Below, piece after piece: positions 1 through 12,144 of a stretch of 64,000 nucleotides of DNA. The stretch's first letter is position 1. Each line of letters starts with the position of its first letter. Position numbers and translations under genes: made by a program. The DNA comes from Paraphysomonas bandaiensis. Lineage: Eukaryota; Protista; Chrysophyceae. Location of the stretch: assembly GCA_965644295.1 (NCBI GenBank), contig CBFFRP010000418.1, positions 75,714-139,713 of the forward strand, written 5' to 3'. The notes beneath the pieces are model-generated. The model saw nothing but the letters and a program-made list of their open reading frames with translations, searched no databases and was not told the origin of the DNA.

Positions 1-3000
1 GTCTGCCTCTGATGCTTCCTTACATCGCTTATAGAACTCTTCTTTGGTAACACCCTGATCCCGACAGAAGCCCTGAAGCTCTCCATCAAACATCTCCTGA
101 AACTTCTGATAGAGATCATAGTATAGGAACTTATGCTCCTCCGCATCAGAAAACTTTTGAGCGTGTTTTAAAAAAAAATTCTCAAATTTTGTCTGTAAAT
201 GATGTGAAATATTAGTAATAAAATTTGTACATATATATATAGATGTATGTATATATGTAGATAGACGTGAACATGAAAGGTATATGGTGTTAGCTGGACA
301 TCGTATATATATATTACTAGATATAGCTGTACATGATAAGTGCATGAATGTATGCATAGTCGCCTGGAACTCATCATGCATACATATATAGTACAGATTT
401 ATACACATGTATATAGGTATGGTTATGTATATGTAGGGTTATGGTGTACCTGAGAGTCATCGTGTATATAATATATACTATAGATAAATAGGTATATACA
501 TACAATATAGGTATATGGTTTCCTGGAAGTCATGTGTACATATAATAAGGATACAAGAATGCAGGCATATATATGGTGGGATGTACGAGTTTACCTGAAA
601 GTCATCGTGTATATATATACAGGTATACAGGCATATAGGTATATATGTACATGGATATAAAGTCATGAATGTACATACAGACATATACAGCCATAATATA
701 TATATATATATACAGGTAGGGATGTAAAGGGGTCATCGTATATATATATATATACATCGGTACAGACATATAGATATAGGGATGTATAGGCATATAGGGG
801 TATGCAGGTACAGGCATAGGGAGGTACACAGGGGGTTACCTGGAAGTCATCGTATATATATATATATATACAGGCATATATGGGCATAGAGGAGTGTGCA
901 TGTGTACAGGCATATAGGGAATAGAGGTATAGGGATATATAGGAATACAGGGGTAAGCAGGTAGGGATATAGAGGGATATAGAGGTATAGGGGGGTGCAG
1001 GGGTTACCTGGAAGTCATCATGTGTATATAGGGATATAGGGGGATATAGATATAGGCATATACAGGGATATAGAGGGATATACAGGGATATAGAGGCATA
1101 GAGGGGTATAGGGGGGTGTTGGGGTTACCTGGAAGTCATCATGTGTATATAGGGATATAGGGGGATATAGATATAGGCATATACAGGGACATAGGGGGAT
1201 ATAGATATAGGCATATAGAGGCATATAGAGGGATATAGAGGTATAGAGGGGTGTTGGGGTTACCTGGAAGTCATCATGTGTATATAGGCATATAGGGGGA
1301 TATAGATATAGGCATATAGAGGGATATAGAGGCATATAGAGGTATAGAGGGGTGTTGGGTTACCTGGAAGTCATCATGTGTATATAGGGATATAGGGGGA
1401 TATAGAAATAGGCAAATAGAGGGGTATATATAGAGGCATATACAGGGATATAGAGGGGTATAGTGGTATAGGGGGGTGTTGGGGTTACCTGGAAGTCATC
1501 ATGTGTATATAGGGATATAGGGGGATAGAGATATAGGCATATACAGGGATATAGAGGCATATAGAGGTATAGAGGGGTGTTGGGGTTACCTGGAAGTCAT
1601 CACGTGTATATAGGCATATAGGGGGATATAGATATAGGCATATAGAGGGGTATATATAGAGGCATAGAGGGGTATAGGGGGGTGTTGGGGTTACCTGGAA
1701 GTCATCATGTGTATATAGATATAGGCATACACAGGGGTATAGAGGCATATAGAGGGGTATAGTGGTATAGGGGGGTGTTGGGGTTACCTGGAAGTCATCA
1801 TGTGTATATAGGCTTATAGAGGGATATAGATATAGGCATACACAGGGGTATAGAGGTATATAGAGGTATAGAGGGGTGTTGGGGTTACCTGGAAGTCATC
1901 ATGTGTATATAGATATAGGCATACACAGGGGTATAGAGGCATATAGAGGGGTATAGTGGTATAGGGGGGTGTTGGGGTTACCTGGAAGTCATCATGTGTA
2001 TATAGGCTTATAGAGGGATATAGATATAGGCATACACAGGGATATAGAGGCATATAGAGGTATAGGGGGGTGTTGGGGTTACCTGGAAGTCATCATGTGT
2101 ATATAGGCTTATAGAGGGATATAGATATAGGCATACACAGGGGTATAGAGGTATATAGAGGTATAGAGGGGTGTTGGGGGGTGTTGGGGTTACCTGGAAG
2201 TCATCATGTGTATATAGATATAGGCATACACAGGGGTATAGAGGGATATAGTGGTATAGGGGGGTGTTGGGGTTACCTGGAAGTCATCATGTGTATATAG
2301 GCTTATAGAGGGATATAGATATAGGCATACACAGGGGTATAGAGGCATATAGAGGGATATAGAGGCATATAGAGGTATAGGGGGGTGTTGGGGTTACCTG
2401 GAAGTCATCATGTGTATATAGATATAGGCATAAACAGGGGTATAGAGGTATATAGTGGTATAGGGGGGTGTTGGGGTTACCTGGAAGTCATCATGTGTAT
2501 ATAGGGATATAGATATAGGCATACACAGGGGTATAGAGGCATATAGAGGGATATAGAGGTATATAGTGGTACAGGGGGGTGTTGGGGTTACCTGGAAGTC
2601 ATCATGTGTATATAGATATAGGCATACACAGGGGTATAGAGGTATATAGTGGTATAGGGGGGTGTTGGGGTTACCTGGAAGTCATCATGTGTATATAGAT
2701 ATAGGCATACACAGGGGTATAGAGGCATACAGAGGGGTATAGTGGTATAGGGGGGTGTTGGGGTTACCTGGAAGTCATCATGTGTATATAGGCTTATAGA
2801 GGGATATAGATATAGGCATATAGAGGGGTATAGAGGCATATAGAGGGATATAGAGGCATATAGAGGTATAGGGGGGTGTTGGGGTTACCTGGAAGTCATC
2901 ATGTGTATATAGATATAGGCATACACAGGGGTATAGAGGTATATAGTGGTATAGAGGGGTGTTGGGGTTACCTGGAAGTCATCATGTGTATATAGATATA

Positions 3001-4118
3001 GGCATACACAGGGGTATAGAGGCATACAGAGGGGTATAGTGGTATAGGGGGGTGTTGGGGTTACCTGGAAGTCATCATGTGTATATAGGCTTATAGAGGG
3101 ATATAGATATAGGCATACACAGGGGTATAGAGGCATATAGAGGGATATAGAGGTATAGGGGGGTGTTGGGGTTACCTGGAAGTCATCATGTGTATATAGA
3201 TATAGGCATACACAGGGGTATAGAGGCATATAGAGGTATATAGTGGTATATAGTGGTATAGGGGGGTGTTGGGGTTACCTGGAAGTCATCATGTGTATAT
3301 AGATATAGGCATACACAGGGGTATAGAGGTATATAGTGGTATAGAGGGGTGTTGGGGTTACCTGGAAGTCATCATGTGTATATAGGCATATAGGGGGATA
3401 TAGATATAGGCATATAGAGGGGTATAGTGGTATAGGGGGGTGTTGGGGTTACCTGGAAGTCATCATGTGTATATAGGCTTATAGAGGGATATAGATATAG
3501 GCATACACAGGGGTATAGAGGCATATAGAGGTATATAGTGGTATAGGGGGGTGTTGGGGTTACCTGGAAGTCATCATGTGTATATAGATATAGGCATACA
3601 CAGGGGTATAGAGGTATATAGAGGTATAGGGGGGTGTTGGGGTTACCTGGAAGTCATCATGTGTATATAGATATAGGCATACACAGGGGTATAGAGGTAT
3701 ATAGTGGTATGGAGGGGTGTTGGGGTTACCTGGAAGTCATCATGTGTATATAGATATAGGCATACACAGGGGTATAGAGGCATATAGAGGTATATAGTGG
3801 TATAGGGGGGTGTTGGGGTTACCTGGAAGTCATCATGTGTATATAGGCTTATAGAGGGATATAGATATAGGCATACACAGGGGTATAGAGGCATATAGAG
3901 GGGTATAGAGGGGTGTTGGGGTTACCTGGAAGTCATCATGTGTATATAGGGATATAGGGGGATATAGATATAGGCATACACAGGGGTATAGAGGCATATA
4001 GAGGTATATAGTGGTATAGGGGGGTGCAGGGGGTTACCTGGAAGTCATCGTGAGCTACAAACTCAACGATATTACGAATAAACGGATCCTCATATGACTC
4101 ATTCTGAAGATCTCCCAT
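1..4118 (-). CDS. BART-domain protein (ARL2BP/CFAP36 family); 3' end lies beyond the window start
   Basis: Exon 1 is 4118..4038 (MGDLQNESYEDPFIRNIVEFVAHDDFQ, donor CAG|GTAACC). The intron is 4037..193 (acceptor TTTACAG). Exon 2 is 192..1, in frame (TKFENFFLKHAQKFSDAEEHKFLYYDLYQKFQEMFDGELQGFCRDQGVTKEEFYKRC...). The FQ..F.....F.D.EEHK..Y......F..M pattern matches the BART domain. Confidence 0.85.
290..4050. repeat. Intronic minisatellite: conserved core GGGTTACCTGGAAGTCATC(ATGTGTATAT) separated by variable numbers of ~10-bp purine-rich modules
   Basis: About 31 near-perfect cores between 835 and 3935, plus the real exon junction at 4031-4049 and about 5-7 degenerate cores at 290-740. Unit length is about 83-170 bp, built from GGCATATAGA/GGGATATAGA/GGGGTATAGA-type modules. 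Confidence 0.97.
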
Positions 4119-4868
4119 TACTGTGAATTGATGATAAGAAGATGACTACTTTGAATGGTTTGGTTATGGTTAGTTTAATACTGTGAGTTGCGCTTACTGA
4201 AGATTACATACATACACACACATATAGACACACACGCAGCTAGTGTATGTATGTGTATGTATGTGTATGTATGTATATGTTCATATGGAGAGACTGTTGC
4301 AGAACAATACAACAGAATGATATGTACTCGGACTGTATACAGAGGTATACTGCTGTATTCCGTTATCGCTAAGCTGTAGATCATACAGTTTAATACATAT
4401 AGAATACCGATAATACTGAAGAATACCCCGGAACATCTTGCAGTATACTGCTGCTCTTGATGTCTTATGAACCGACCGCTCATTGGCTGATAATTGTCCA
4501 GTCCATTCATTAGTTTTTTTTCGTGTGTGGTGTGTATGTATGTATGTATGTATGTGTATGTACGCGTGTATAGTACTGTATAGCATGCAGTGTAGCTGTG
4601 TGTGTATATGGTAAGAGTGGAGCTGTTAGACTCTTAATGGCCACAGAGCTCACACATCAACATAACACACCTACAAACACACTCAATCACATCACTCCAT
4701 CCTCTCAATCCTTTACCCATATCACTAATCTCTCTGTAGATCTCTCATCCCTCTCCAATCTCCCTCTATATCTCCCTCTACACCTACATACACGTACATA
4801 CACATACATACACATACATACATAGACATACATACATAGACATACATACATAGACTGTAACTATTAGC
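4119..4868. promoter_or_regulatory. Putative bidirectional promoter (BART / TENT4-like)
   Basis: Two ATGs face away from each other 750 bp apart. TG/TATG-rich tracts give way to CA/CATA-rich sequence near the + gene. TACTGCTGT motif at 4348-4356. Confidence 0.55.
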
Positions 4869-6761
4869 ATGCCTTCAAAACAATCACGTAAACAAATACT
4901 TCAACAAAAGGCTCTAGAGAAAAAAAAGATCATTCGACGATTCCAGAAGCAGCAGACGTGTGACAGTATGATCATATCAGACGAGATGATCACACGGGCT
5001 ACTCATCGCTCTGTAGTTGATCGTATACACAGTTTTCTTCCAGGTAGAAAGAAACCAAAGCCAAAGAATGTATGTCATGATCCCAAACCAAAGCCTCATG
5101 AGATTCCTTATCAATCTGGAGGTGTTGATGTTCCATGGTTGCCTCATGACTGGCAGGAAGTTGGTGTAGAGGGACTGGCAGATGAGCTCGAAAGATTTGC
5201 CAAATATGTGGATTTGGATGATGGGGAGCTTAAGGCTAGAGAGTGTGTGTTAAGAGACTTATCTGACGCTGTCTCTGCCAAGTTTCCGGATGCTTTGGTT
5301 CGTCCATTTGGATCTTATGTAGCAGGCTTGTCTATATTTCTCAGCGATGTAGATATTACGATACTAGGACTCGGAGTGGGAGGAAATGAGGAGGAAGAGG
5401 AGGAAGATATAGTCGAAAGTGGTGATGTGAACATCTCTGCAGTGGATCCGGCAAACCCCTGTGATGGAGACTCTCATAGCTCTTGCTCGTATAGTAGTAG
5501 CGACGAAAGGACAGTTGTCGCCTCAAGTGACATAAGTTTCAACAGTGCTAATGATTGTGACATGGGTGAAGGGTTCGACTTACACGTGTCTATGACCTCC
5601 AACCTATCGACTGCAGAGAGCACAAGCTCCCGAAGAAGTTCTCGTGGCAGCGTATCAGCGGAACGAGAACAGGAGCTGAGTGTGCTGCGCGCCCTGGGTT
5701 CGGTGCTCAGGGGAATGGACTGGGTAAGCAACCTGGAAGTGCGATCGAAGGCAAGGGTTCCCATCATCAACACCACTCACAGGGCGGGAATCGAGTTAGA
5801 TGTGTCTCTTGGCCTGCCTAATTCTGATACATCCGCTCTTGTGGCGCGAATCAGTACGGTCTCAGGGTACCAACATGCCTTCAGGGTAGTATCATCGTTT
5901 CTCAAGGTATTTCTGCATCAGATGTATTTGGACAAGCCATTCACAGGCGGCATTGGGTCGTACAAATTATATGTTATGCTTGCACATGTCATTGTCAATG
6001 TCCTTGGTAGTATACCGGAAAGTGATCCTCCATGCGACCCTGGCAGGCTGCTGGTTACCTTCTTCAGGCACTTTGGAGTCCCCGCTAATTTGAACAAACT
6101 CACCGCCTTGCATGTTCTTGGCGCGGAAGCTGATTTTAGCCGGACAGATCGAGTGGAGGTATGTCAAGCTGTGTTCACGAGAGCCTATAATATCATCAAA
6201 CGGGCTGTGGCATATGGTCCGAGTAAGGTGGGACAGGGACGGCAACTTGAAGGTGAGCGCCGCTCGCTGTTATCTCTGCTGCTGGTTCGTCACGAAGCCA
6301 TGTGTCGAGAGAGGCTGCGGGCTGCTAATCAGTGCATACGAGAAGGCTGGATGCTACCAGCTGATAAGGACAGAACTGGCCAGAGAGTTCTTAGTGCAAT
6401 ACAGAAAGATCATGGTGGAGCTTTGGGTATATCATGGGAGGAGGTGAAGCGAGTTGACCCGGTGCTGTGGGAGCGCCTCCGGTGTATTTCAAATGTAAAC
6501 TCTATAACTAGGGGAAGACAAGAGCAAAAGGCTGACAATAAGAGGGCTCGCTCTATATCAAGTAGACAAGACACAAATGGTAGTGGAAAGAAAAGAAAGC
6601 GTATGGATAGAGACGAGGAGTTTCCGCGAGGCCCGATAAGAAGAGGAGTGCAACTACCGTCAGGTGGTAGAGGAAGAGGTGGGGGTAGAGGTAACGGCCA
6701 GAGTGGTCGGGGTAGGGGAAATAGCCAGAGTGGTCGAGGAAAGAAGCGAAGGCAGCAATAG
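4869..6761 (+). CDS. Non-canonical poly(A) polymerase, Trf4/PAPD5 (TENT4) family
   Basis: Nucleotidyltransferase motif PFGSYVAGLSIFLSDVDI, then ARVPII, LDVS and FTGGIGSY. C-terminal RG/RGG-rich basic tail. Single 630-aa ORF. Confidence 0.85.
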   Translation: MPSKQSRKQILQQKALEKKKIIRRFQKQQTCDSMIISDEMITRATHRSVVDRIHSFLPGRKKPKPKNVCHDPKPKPHEIPYQSGGVDVPWLPHDWQEVGVEGLADELERFAKYVDLDDGELKARECVLRDLSDAVSAKFPDALVRPFGSYVAGLSIFLSDVDITILGLGVGGNEEEEEEDIVESGDVNISAVDPANPCDGDSHSSCSYSSSDERTVVASSDISFNSANDCDMGEGFDLHVSMTSNLSTAESTSSRRSSRGSVSAEREQELSVLRALGSVLRGMDWVSNLEVRSKARVPIINTTHRAGIELDVSLGLPNSDTSALVARISTVSGYQHAFRVVSSFLKVFLHQMYLDKPFTGGIGSYKLYVMLAHVIVNVLGSIPESDPPCDPGRLLVTFFRHFGVPANLNKLTALHVLGAEADFSRTDRVEVCQAVFTRAYNIIKRAVAYGPSKVGQGRQLEGERRSLLSLLLVRHEAMCRERLRAANQCIREGWMLPADKDRTGQRVLSAIQKDHGGALGISWEEVKRVDPVLWERLRCISNVNSITRGRQEQKADNKRARSISSRQDTNGSGKKRKRMDRDEEFPRGPIRRGVQLPSGGRGRGGGRGNGQSGRGRGNSQSGRGKKRRQQ

Positions 6762-7805
6762 CCATGGCTTATTTGTTCATAATAGGTCTGAAAATAGAAC
6801 TAGTATTTTATGTCGTGTGCAAATTAGTACAAAGGAACAATTGCTGTCGTATTTTAGAGTGCGACTCGAATGCAAACTGTCATGCATTACTATATAGATT
6901 TATAGTGATTCATATTGTCTTACTTCAAGTAATAAGCGATATTGAGCTAAGGCAGGCATGGATTGCGAAGCACCATTCCGATTGTGGCCTGAGGTTGAGA
7001 AGTGAATACGTGGCAATTGTTTGAGGTTGAGTAGGTTTCTTGTGGTGATTAATACAATCTGAAAGTAAAAGTCACAATATGAGGCAATAATATGAATTAT
7101 TGTTTATTGTCCCCCGCACGACTTATAGACTATGAAGAGTACACAGAGTTTAAGTAAAAGGAAAGTTGATTGAAAAGTATGATATCCCGCTATAATATAT
7201 ACTATGGTGCAATGTACTTTAGTTTTCAACACTTTATCGTAATCAATTAGTTTTTGAAATTAACTAGCCATTAACCATTAATCTTTTGTCAGCTGTCAGT
7301 GCACTCTAGTGTAGATTGTAGATGTCTACCATACAAAAGAGTTGTAAATTCGAGCTAGAGTCGATGTCTTGTTCTGCTCTATATCTGTAATGGGTAGATA
7401 TGTAGTTATATGCGAGCACAGTTTATAATTAGATAATCAGTTTATATATTTCTTTGTTTCTCTCTTTGATTCCGTGAACGACACTGGTTACACCATTGGT
7501 GCACTGAAACACTAGCTTTAAATTCTTTTCCAATATACAAGTACATATTTCATTTTAATTACGTGAGGTAGTGGTCTAACCGAACATAGGATGAGAAATA
7601 ATTGAACGTGAGAAACAGTGAACATATACCAAATGCACATCCACTTGCTCTGACGGGGCCGTGTTGCATTTGCCATACTTGTCATTCACTCTTCTGGGTG
7701 TGGTCACAAAACTAACCATTCAGCTATCTACTGTGTAAAGCGGAGACAAAATACATATAGCTTCACCTAAATAGTGTACATTAAGTGACAGGGACACTGT
7801 GGATA

Positions 7806-8915
7806 CTATGACGGGGTTGTTGTGGCCTGATGGTCTAATGTATAATTGAAAATGGAAATAACAGTAACCAGCATTCCGATAGCTACAAACATATCGATAT
7901 CATTTCCTAGAAAAAAATACCCTGCTACGGATACTATGATTATAGATACGGCGGTCGCAAAGCACTTCAGCACTGCATCGGCGTATTTGAGAGTAGCTGC
8001 AACAAGCATACCTCCAGCTCCTTGTAGAAGCACAACTGCTACTGTAACCCAAGACCACCCTTCCAACATACCACTGTGCCAACCACTATCATTAGCAGTG
8101 GGATCTTTCTGTGTCTGTAACGTGCTCAACAACATAGAGGCCTGATACAGGGCCAATAGAAATATACTGTAGAATGCCAATTGAAAATTTCTTTCCCATA
8201 TTGTGGTAGTATCATCCTTGTCCTTGAGTAGGGCTTCAAAATATACAGCGGAAAAACCAGAGATCGTTGCCTGTAGTAGAGTAGCCAGAAGACCCATTAG
8301 AGACTCCATTCTGTCTACTGTTAACGATGGATTTGATTCCGCCTCAGGTGGTTTGTTGATTATGGGAGATGCTACTAATATACACCCAACAACCAGTAAC
8401 AGTAAGGCACGCCACTTAGTAGCTGAGTACTGCCGACCCAGTATCAACGTTGCGAATGCCGCTGTAGTAAAGATCTTAAGCTGAATACATACAGTAAACA
8501 CAGGGGCGCCTATACGCGGCACTGAATAGAATGGGAGCATATTGGATATACTGTACAAGACCACAAGCACCACTACTTTCTTTCCATTCCAGAGAAGAGT
8601 CAATAGCCGATGACAGTGTTGTATAGGAGTGACTGTTGATTGTGTTGTTGATCTCTTTCCTCCATGTTGAAGTACAGTGAGTGCACCTGAACACATCAGT
8701 TTAATGAGCTCTGCAGCCACAATGACCTCAACGGACGAGTAGTGCTCTTTCAGGATACCTCTTGAGTAGCTTGTTGCAATGCTATGACTGTAATGGAGTT
8801 AGAGTTATGTTGTTATGTGCATATGTGCATACCCGGCTGTCTGGATGCATACAAGAGCAAGCACACAGATGCGGATAACAGCCAATGAGTTGCTGTTTTC
8901 ATCGTCAACTGACAT
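7806..8915 (-). CDS. Nucleotide-sugar transporter (SLC35A, UDP-Gal/CMP-Sia type)
   Basis: Exon 1 is 8915..8833 (MSVDDENSNSLAVIRICVLALVCIQTAG), followed by a 45-nt GT-AG intron (8832..8788). Family motifs: AELIK, QLKIFTTA, SGFSAVYFE, WERNFQL, GGMLVAATLKYAD. Confidence 0.9.
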
Positions 8916-9099
8916 GCTATGAGCTTAAATATACATAGATGACATGCTGTTTAGTGTGTACTGTGTATGTGTGATAGTTAGTGCAGATGGTTGCAAGCTA
9001 TGAGTGACAGTTGCTGATGTCTGTTAATATATGCATACGCCGATAGGGTCATCCATGTATGTATGTACATACTGCAGGCGGACACACTATCGTACGAGA

Positions 9100-9240
9100 G
9101 CAGCTCTATGTACAGCAGTGTATGTGTATGTATACAGCAGCAGTGTATGTGTATGTATACAGCAGCAGTGTGTATGTATACAGCAGCAGTGTGTATGTAT
9201 ACAGCAGCAGTGTGTGTATGTATACAGCAGTAGTGTGCAT
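9100..9240. repeat. Short tandem repeat of ~18-24-bp CAGCAGCAGTGTGTATGTATA units
   Basis: About 6 visible copies upstream of the SLC35 gene. Confidence 0.8.
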
Positions 9241-9252
9241 GTGTATATGGTA

Positions 9253-9625
9253 CAGTCAGTTCGCGTTATGGTGGATGGTGTGTACCATAAGCCATACTGT
9301 CCACCACAACGGCACCATCCACGATTAGAAAACCCGGGTTTTTGCTGCAAAAAACCAGGTTTTTATACAAAACACAGTTTTTGGCTTGTAAAACCATGGT
9401 TTTATACTGAAAACCCCTAAGTCAATTAATTAATTAATTGTACTTTTCTGTATATTTCCTATCAATTTTTTCACAACAATCCACCAAAATAGGGATTTTT
9501 ATTTAAAACTATAGGTTTGTATATAAATCGGGGATTTTATACAAAAATCCCCGTACCAAGCCTAAATTCATCCACTATAACGGCGATATCCACCATACGT
9601 CGTCCACCATAACGCGAACTGACTG
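9253..9625. mobile_element. MITE, Tc1/mariner superfamily-type
   Basis: Perfect 23-bp TIRs CAGTCAGTTCGCGTTATGGTGGA (9253-9275, reverse complement at 9603-9625). TA on both sides (9251-52, 9626-27). Subterminal TCCAC(C/T)A(C/T)AACG repeats. AT-rich non-coding interior. Confidence 0.9.
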
Positions 9626-9780
9626 TACATGTAGACGTCAGTATGGCAGTACAGAGTGCTTATATCTGACACACACACACACACATACATACATATCTAT
9701 ACATACACACACATATATAACCACACCCTCTCTTACAATCATACCCCTAACCTCCCCCTCCCCCCCCTCTCCCTCTCACC

Positions 9781-11786
9781 ATGAAACCTTCTCAAACATC
9801 CAAACTCCGTCCAAGTCGGTTCTCTTACTCCTCAATCGACTCCTCCGTGTCCTCCTCCTCATCAGACAGCATCTCCACTCCTCTCATACGTACATACAGT
9901 AAACGTCTATTTAAAGACTCCACATCCAATCTCCTCAACCTCACACATCCTCCACCCATCCGCACCACCTCTCAGGAGATGGATATCGATGACATGGACC
10001 TATCGAACCCTGTGTATGTGGATATCCTTAAGATAGAGTTCTTCTCACTGGGCTGTGCGAGTGGAGCCGCTATACAGATGTTTGTTGTCTCAGTTCTACT
10101 CATGTTTGTCTCTTATTCACAGGTAACTCTCATTATCACTTCTCTCTATCAACTGTCTCATTCTTATGATGTCGTCTGGTAACTGTACAGCACTCTGGAC
10201 CGCTGCTTGAGTTGTCGCATGAGTACTATGCGGTCTTTCGTTGCATGTTTTTCATTGCATTCTTTTTCTCGCTATATGGCGGGAATCTCTTCTTATGGAG
10301 GAGAGCCAAGATTGAGTATCGTTCCGTACTTGGTGTGTCTTCTTCCCACACGTATAGATTTGTGCTTAGAGGAGCTGCAAGTTCGGCATATATAATGTTC
10401 AGTTGTTTCATGCTGTATGTGTTAACGATAACTGGCGGCCTTGAAGCACTTGGTACTGGACAGCGTAAAATAAAGCATTTATGGCCTGCCTTAGCCTTTT
10501 TGCTCCCTCTTAGTATATTTTTCTGTCCTTATGATCCTCTCACGAGACCATTCTATGGATCAAGTAAGAGGGGTTACCAACAGAGAGTTGGTTTGGTGAA
10601 AGATTTACTCGCCGTCTTATTTTCTCCGTTCTCTCGACCTACATTTCTGCGAACATTTATTGCTGACACTATGTGTAGCATGCCTAAGATATTCACTGAT
10701 TTCCAATATACGGTTTGTATATATGCTACCGGAACTTTCTGGGACACGCAGAATGAATGGTTCGATACCAACAGTATGCACTCCTACTCTACTTGCGGGG
10801 AAGGGTCGCCAATGTACTCATGGTTTCTTTCTCTTTTGTCTTTTGCACCGTACTATATTCGTCTCATGCAGAGCATACGTTCATGGGTGGACACTGGAGA
10901 GACTAGGCATATGTTTAATGCTTGGAAATATGTACTTTCTCTCTCCGTTACAGGGCTTGCCCTGGCGCATAAAATATATCCAACGATACCATTTTTGAAC
11001 GCAGCATGGTAAGTACATTCTATGTGTTCATGATATAGACTCATCTGTGTTTATCGATTTGGAGACATTGCTTGTTTCTTGTTCATGCTTAATTTTGATA
11101 CGTGTTGCAACCCATAGGTTCACCGTAAGTACGATAACAACGTTATACTGCTTTTATTGGGATGTGGTGATGGATTGGTACGTGCGGCTTTCATCGCTAT
11201 CTCATATCTGGTACAACATATCACTGCTTCTGTGCCTAGGGGGCTAGGGTCCACGACTTCTAGTTATTTTTTGCTGAGAGAGGAACTGCACTTCTCTCCT
11301 CCTACGTACTATACTGTAAGAGCTACAAGTCCACATGGACCGTCTTATATGCTTTTATAGGCTATAATCTTGGACCTCGTCATGCGCCTTGGTTGGGCTA
11401 TCCTGATATCTCCTTCTCAGACGTATGTACAGCAGCATGTAATCTTACTCCTTGGGTGTGTTGAGCTTCTACGCCGCTGCATGTGGGCTGTATTCCGTGT
11501 TGAATGGGAGTGGATAAAGATACGCGACAAGACGGTGAAAGAATCTGAGATGGAGCTCACCGGAGAAAATTTGATAAGGTAATGGCATATGAATGTATAG
11601 ATATATTTGCAATCCTCGAGATCGAGGCTACCGATGTGCTCTTGGTATATTCTATGCATGAGTCTTTTGAAATGATCGATTTTATCATGTAGGGCAAGTG
11701 GAGATAGCGAAGACTCAGATATCGACTCACAAGAGGCTATCTACGTCCTCGATGATGGTGAAAATAAATCTGTCAAATATTTATAG
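9781..11786 (+). CDS. EXS-family membrane protein (XPR1/PHO1/ERD1-like) without an SPX domain
   Basis: Multi-exon gene. Motifs FIADTMCSMPKIFTD, PYYIRLMQSIR, HMFNAWKY, YCFYWDVVMDWGLG, DLVMRLGW and ELLRRCMWAVFRVEWE are typical of EXS. The 3' exon structure is approximate. Confidence 0.88.
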
Positions 11787-12144
11787 TACAGGAGTGAATT
11801 ATATATTTTGATACCCATTGGGCATACTGTTATATGTAGTTTATTATGGATGTGTAGTTGTTAGACATTACTGCTTTGGAGGTAGTATGGAAGCCTTAGT
11901 GTTGAGTATAAAATCCTTATACTGTTAGAGTAAATGGAAGTGAATTGTAATTTGAAAAAGTAGCAGACATGTTGCAATACTGTGGTATTGTGTTTTGTGT
12001 TTATACGTTTATACCATATGAACGCGCATGATAATGTTGAAAAGTTATCAACATGGAAATAGATATGACGAGGAAATGTGTGATTTCCCTATATGTTAAT
12101 CTTATCAGCAATAACTTCGTACAATTTGTACATATTCTCGGTCA

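Noticed and set aside
168-3894. Many short Y/P/I-rich ORFs containing HDDFQVTP
   Set aside because: These are translations of the satellite, with inconsistent frames and frequent stops.
835-4050. CRISPR array (constant repeat plus variable spacers)
   Set aside because: The spacers are low-complexity permutations of the same 10-bp modules, there are no cas genes, the context is eukaryotic, and the repeat is explained as an exon/donor copy.
835-4050. Telomere/subtelomere, or U1 snRNA copies (TTACCTGG)
   Set aside because: The array lies inside a gene with coding exons on both sides. The U1-like word is simply the reverse complement of a 5' splice site.
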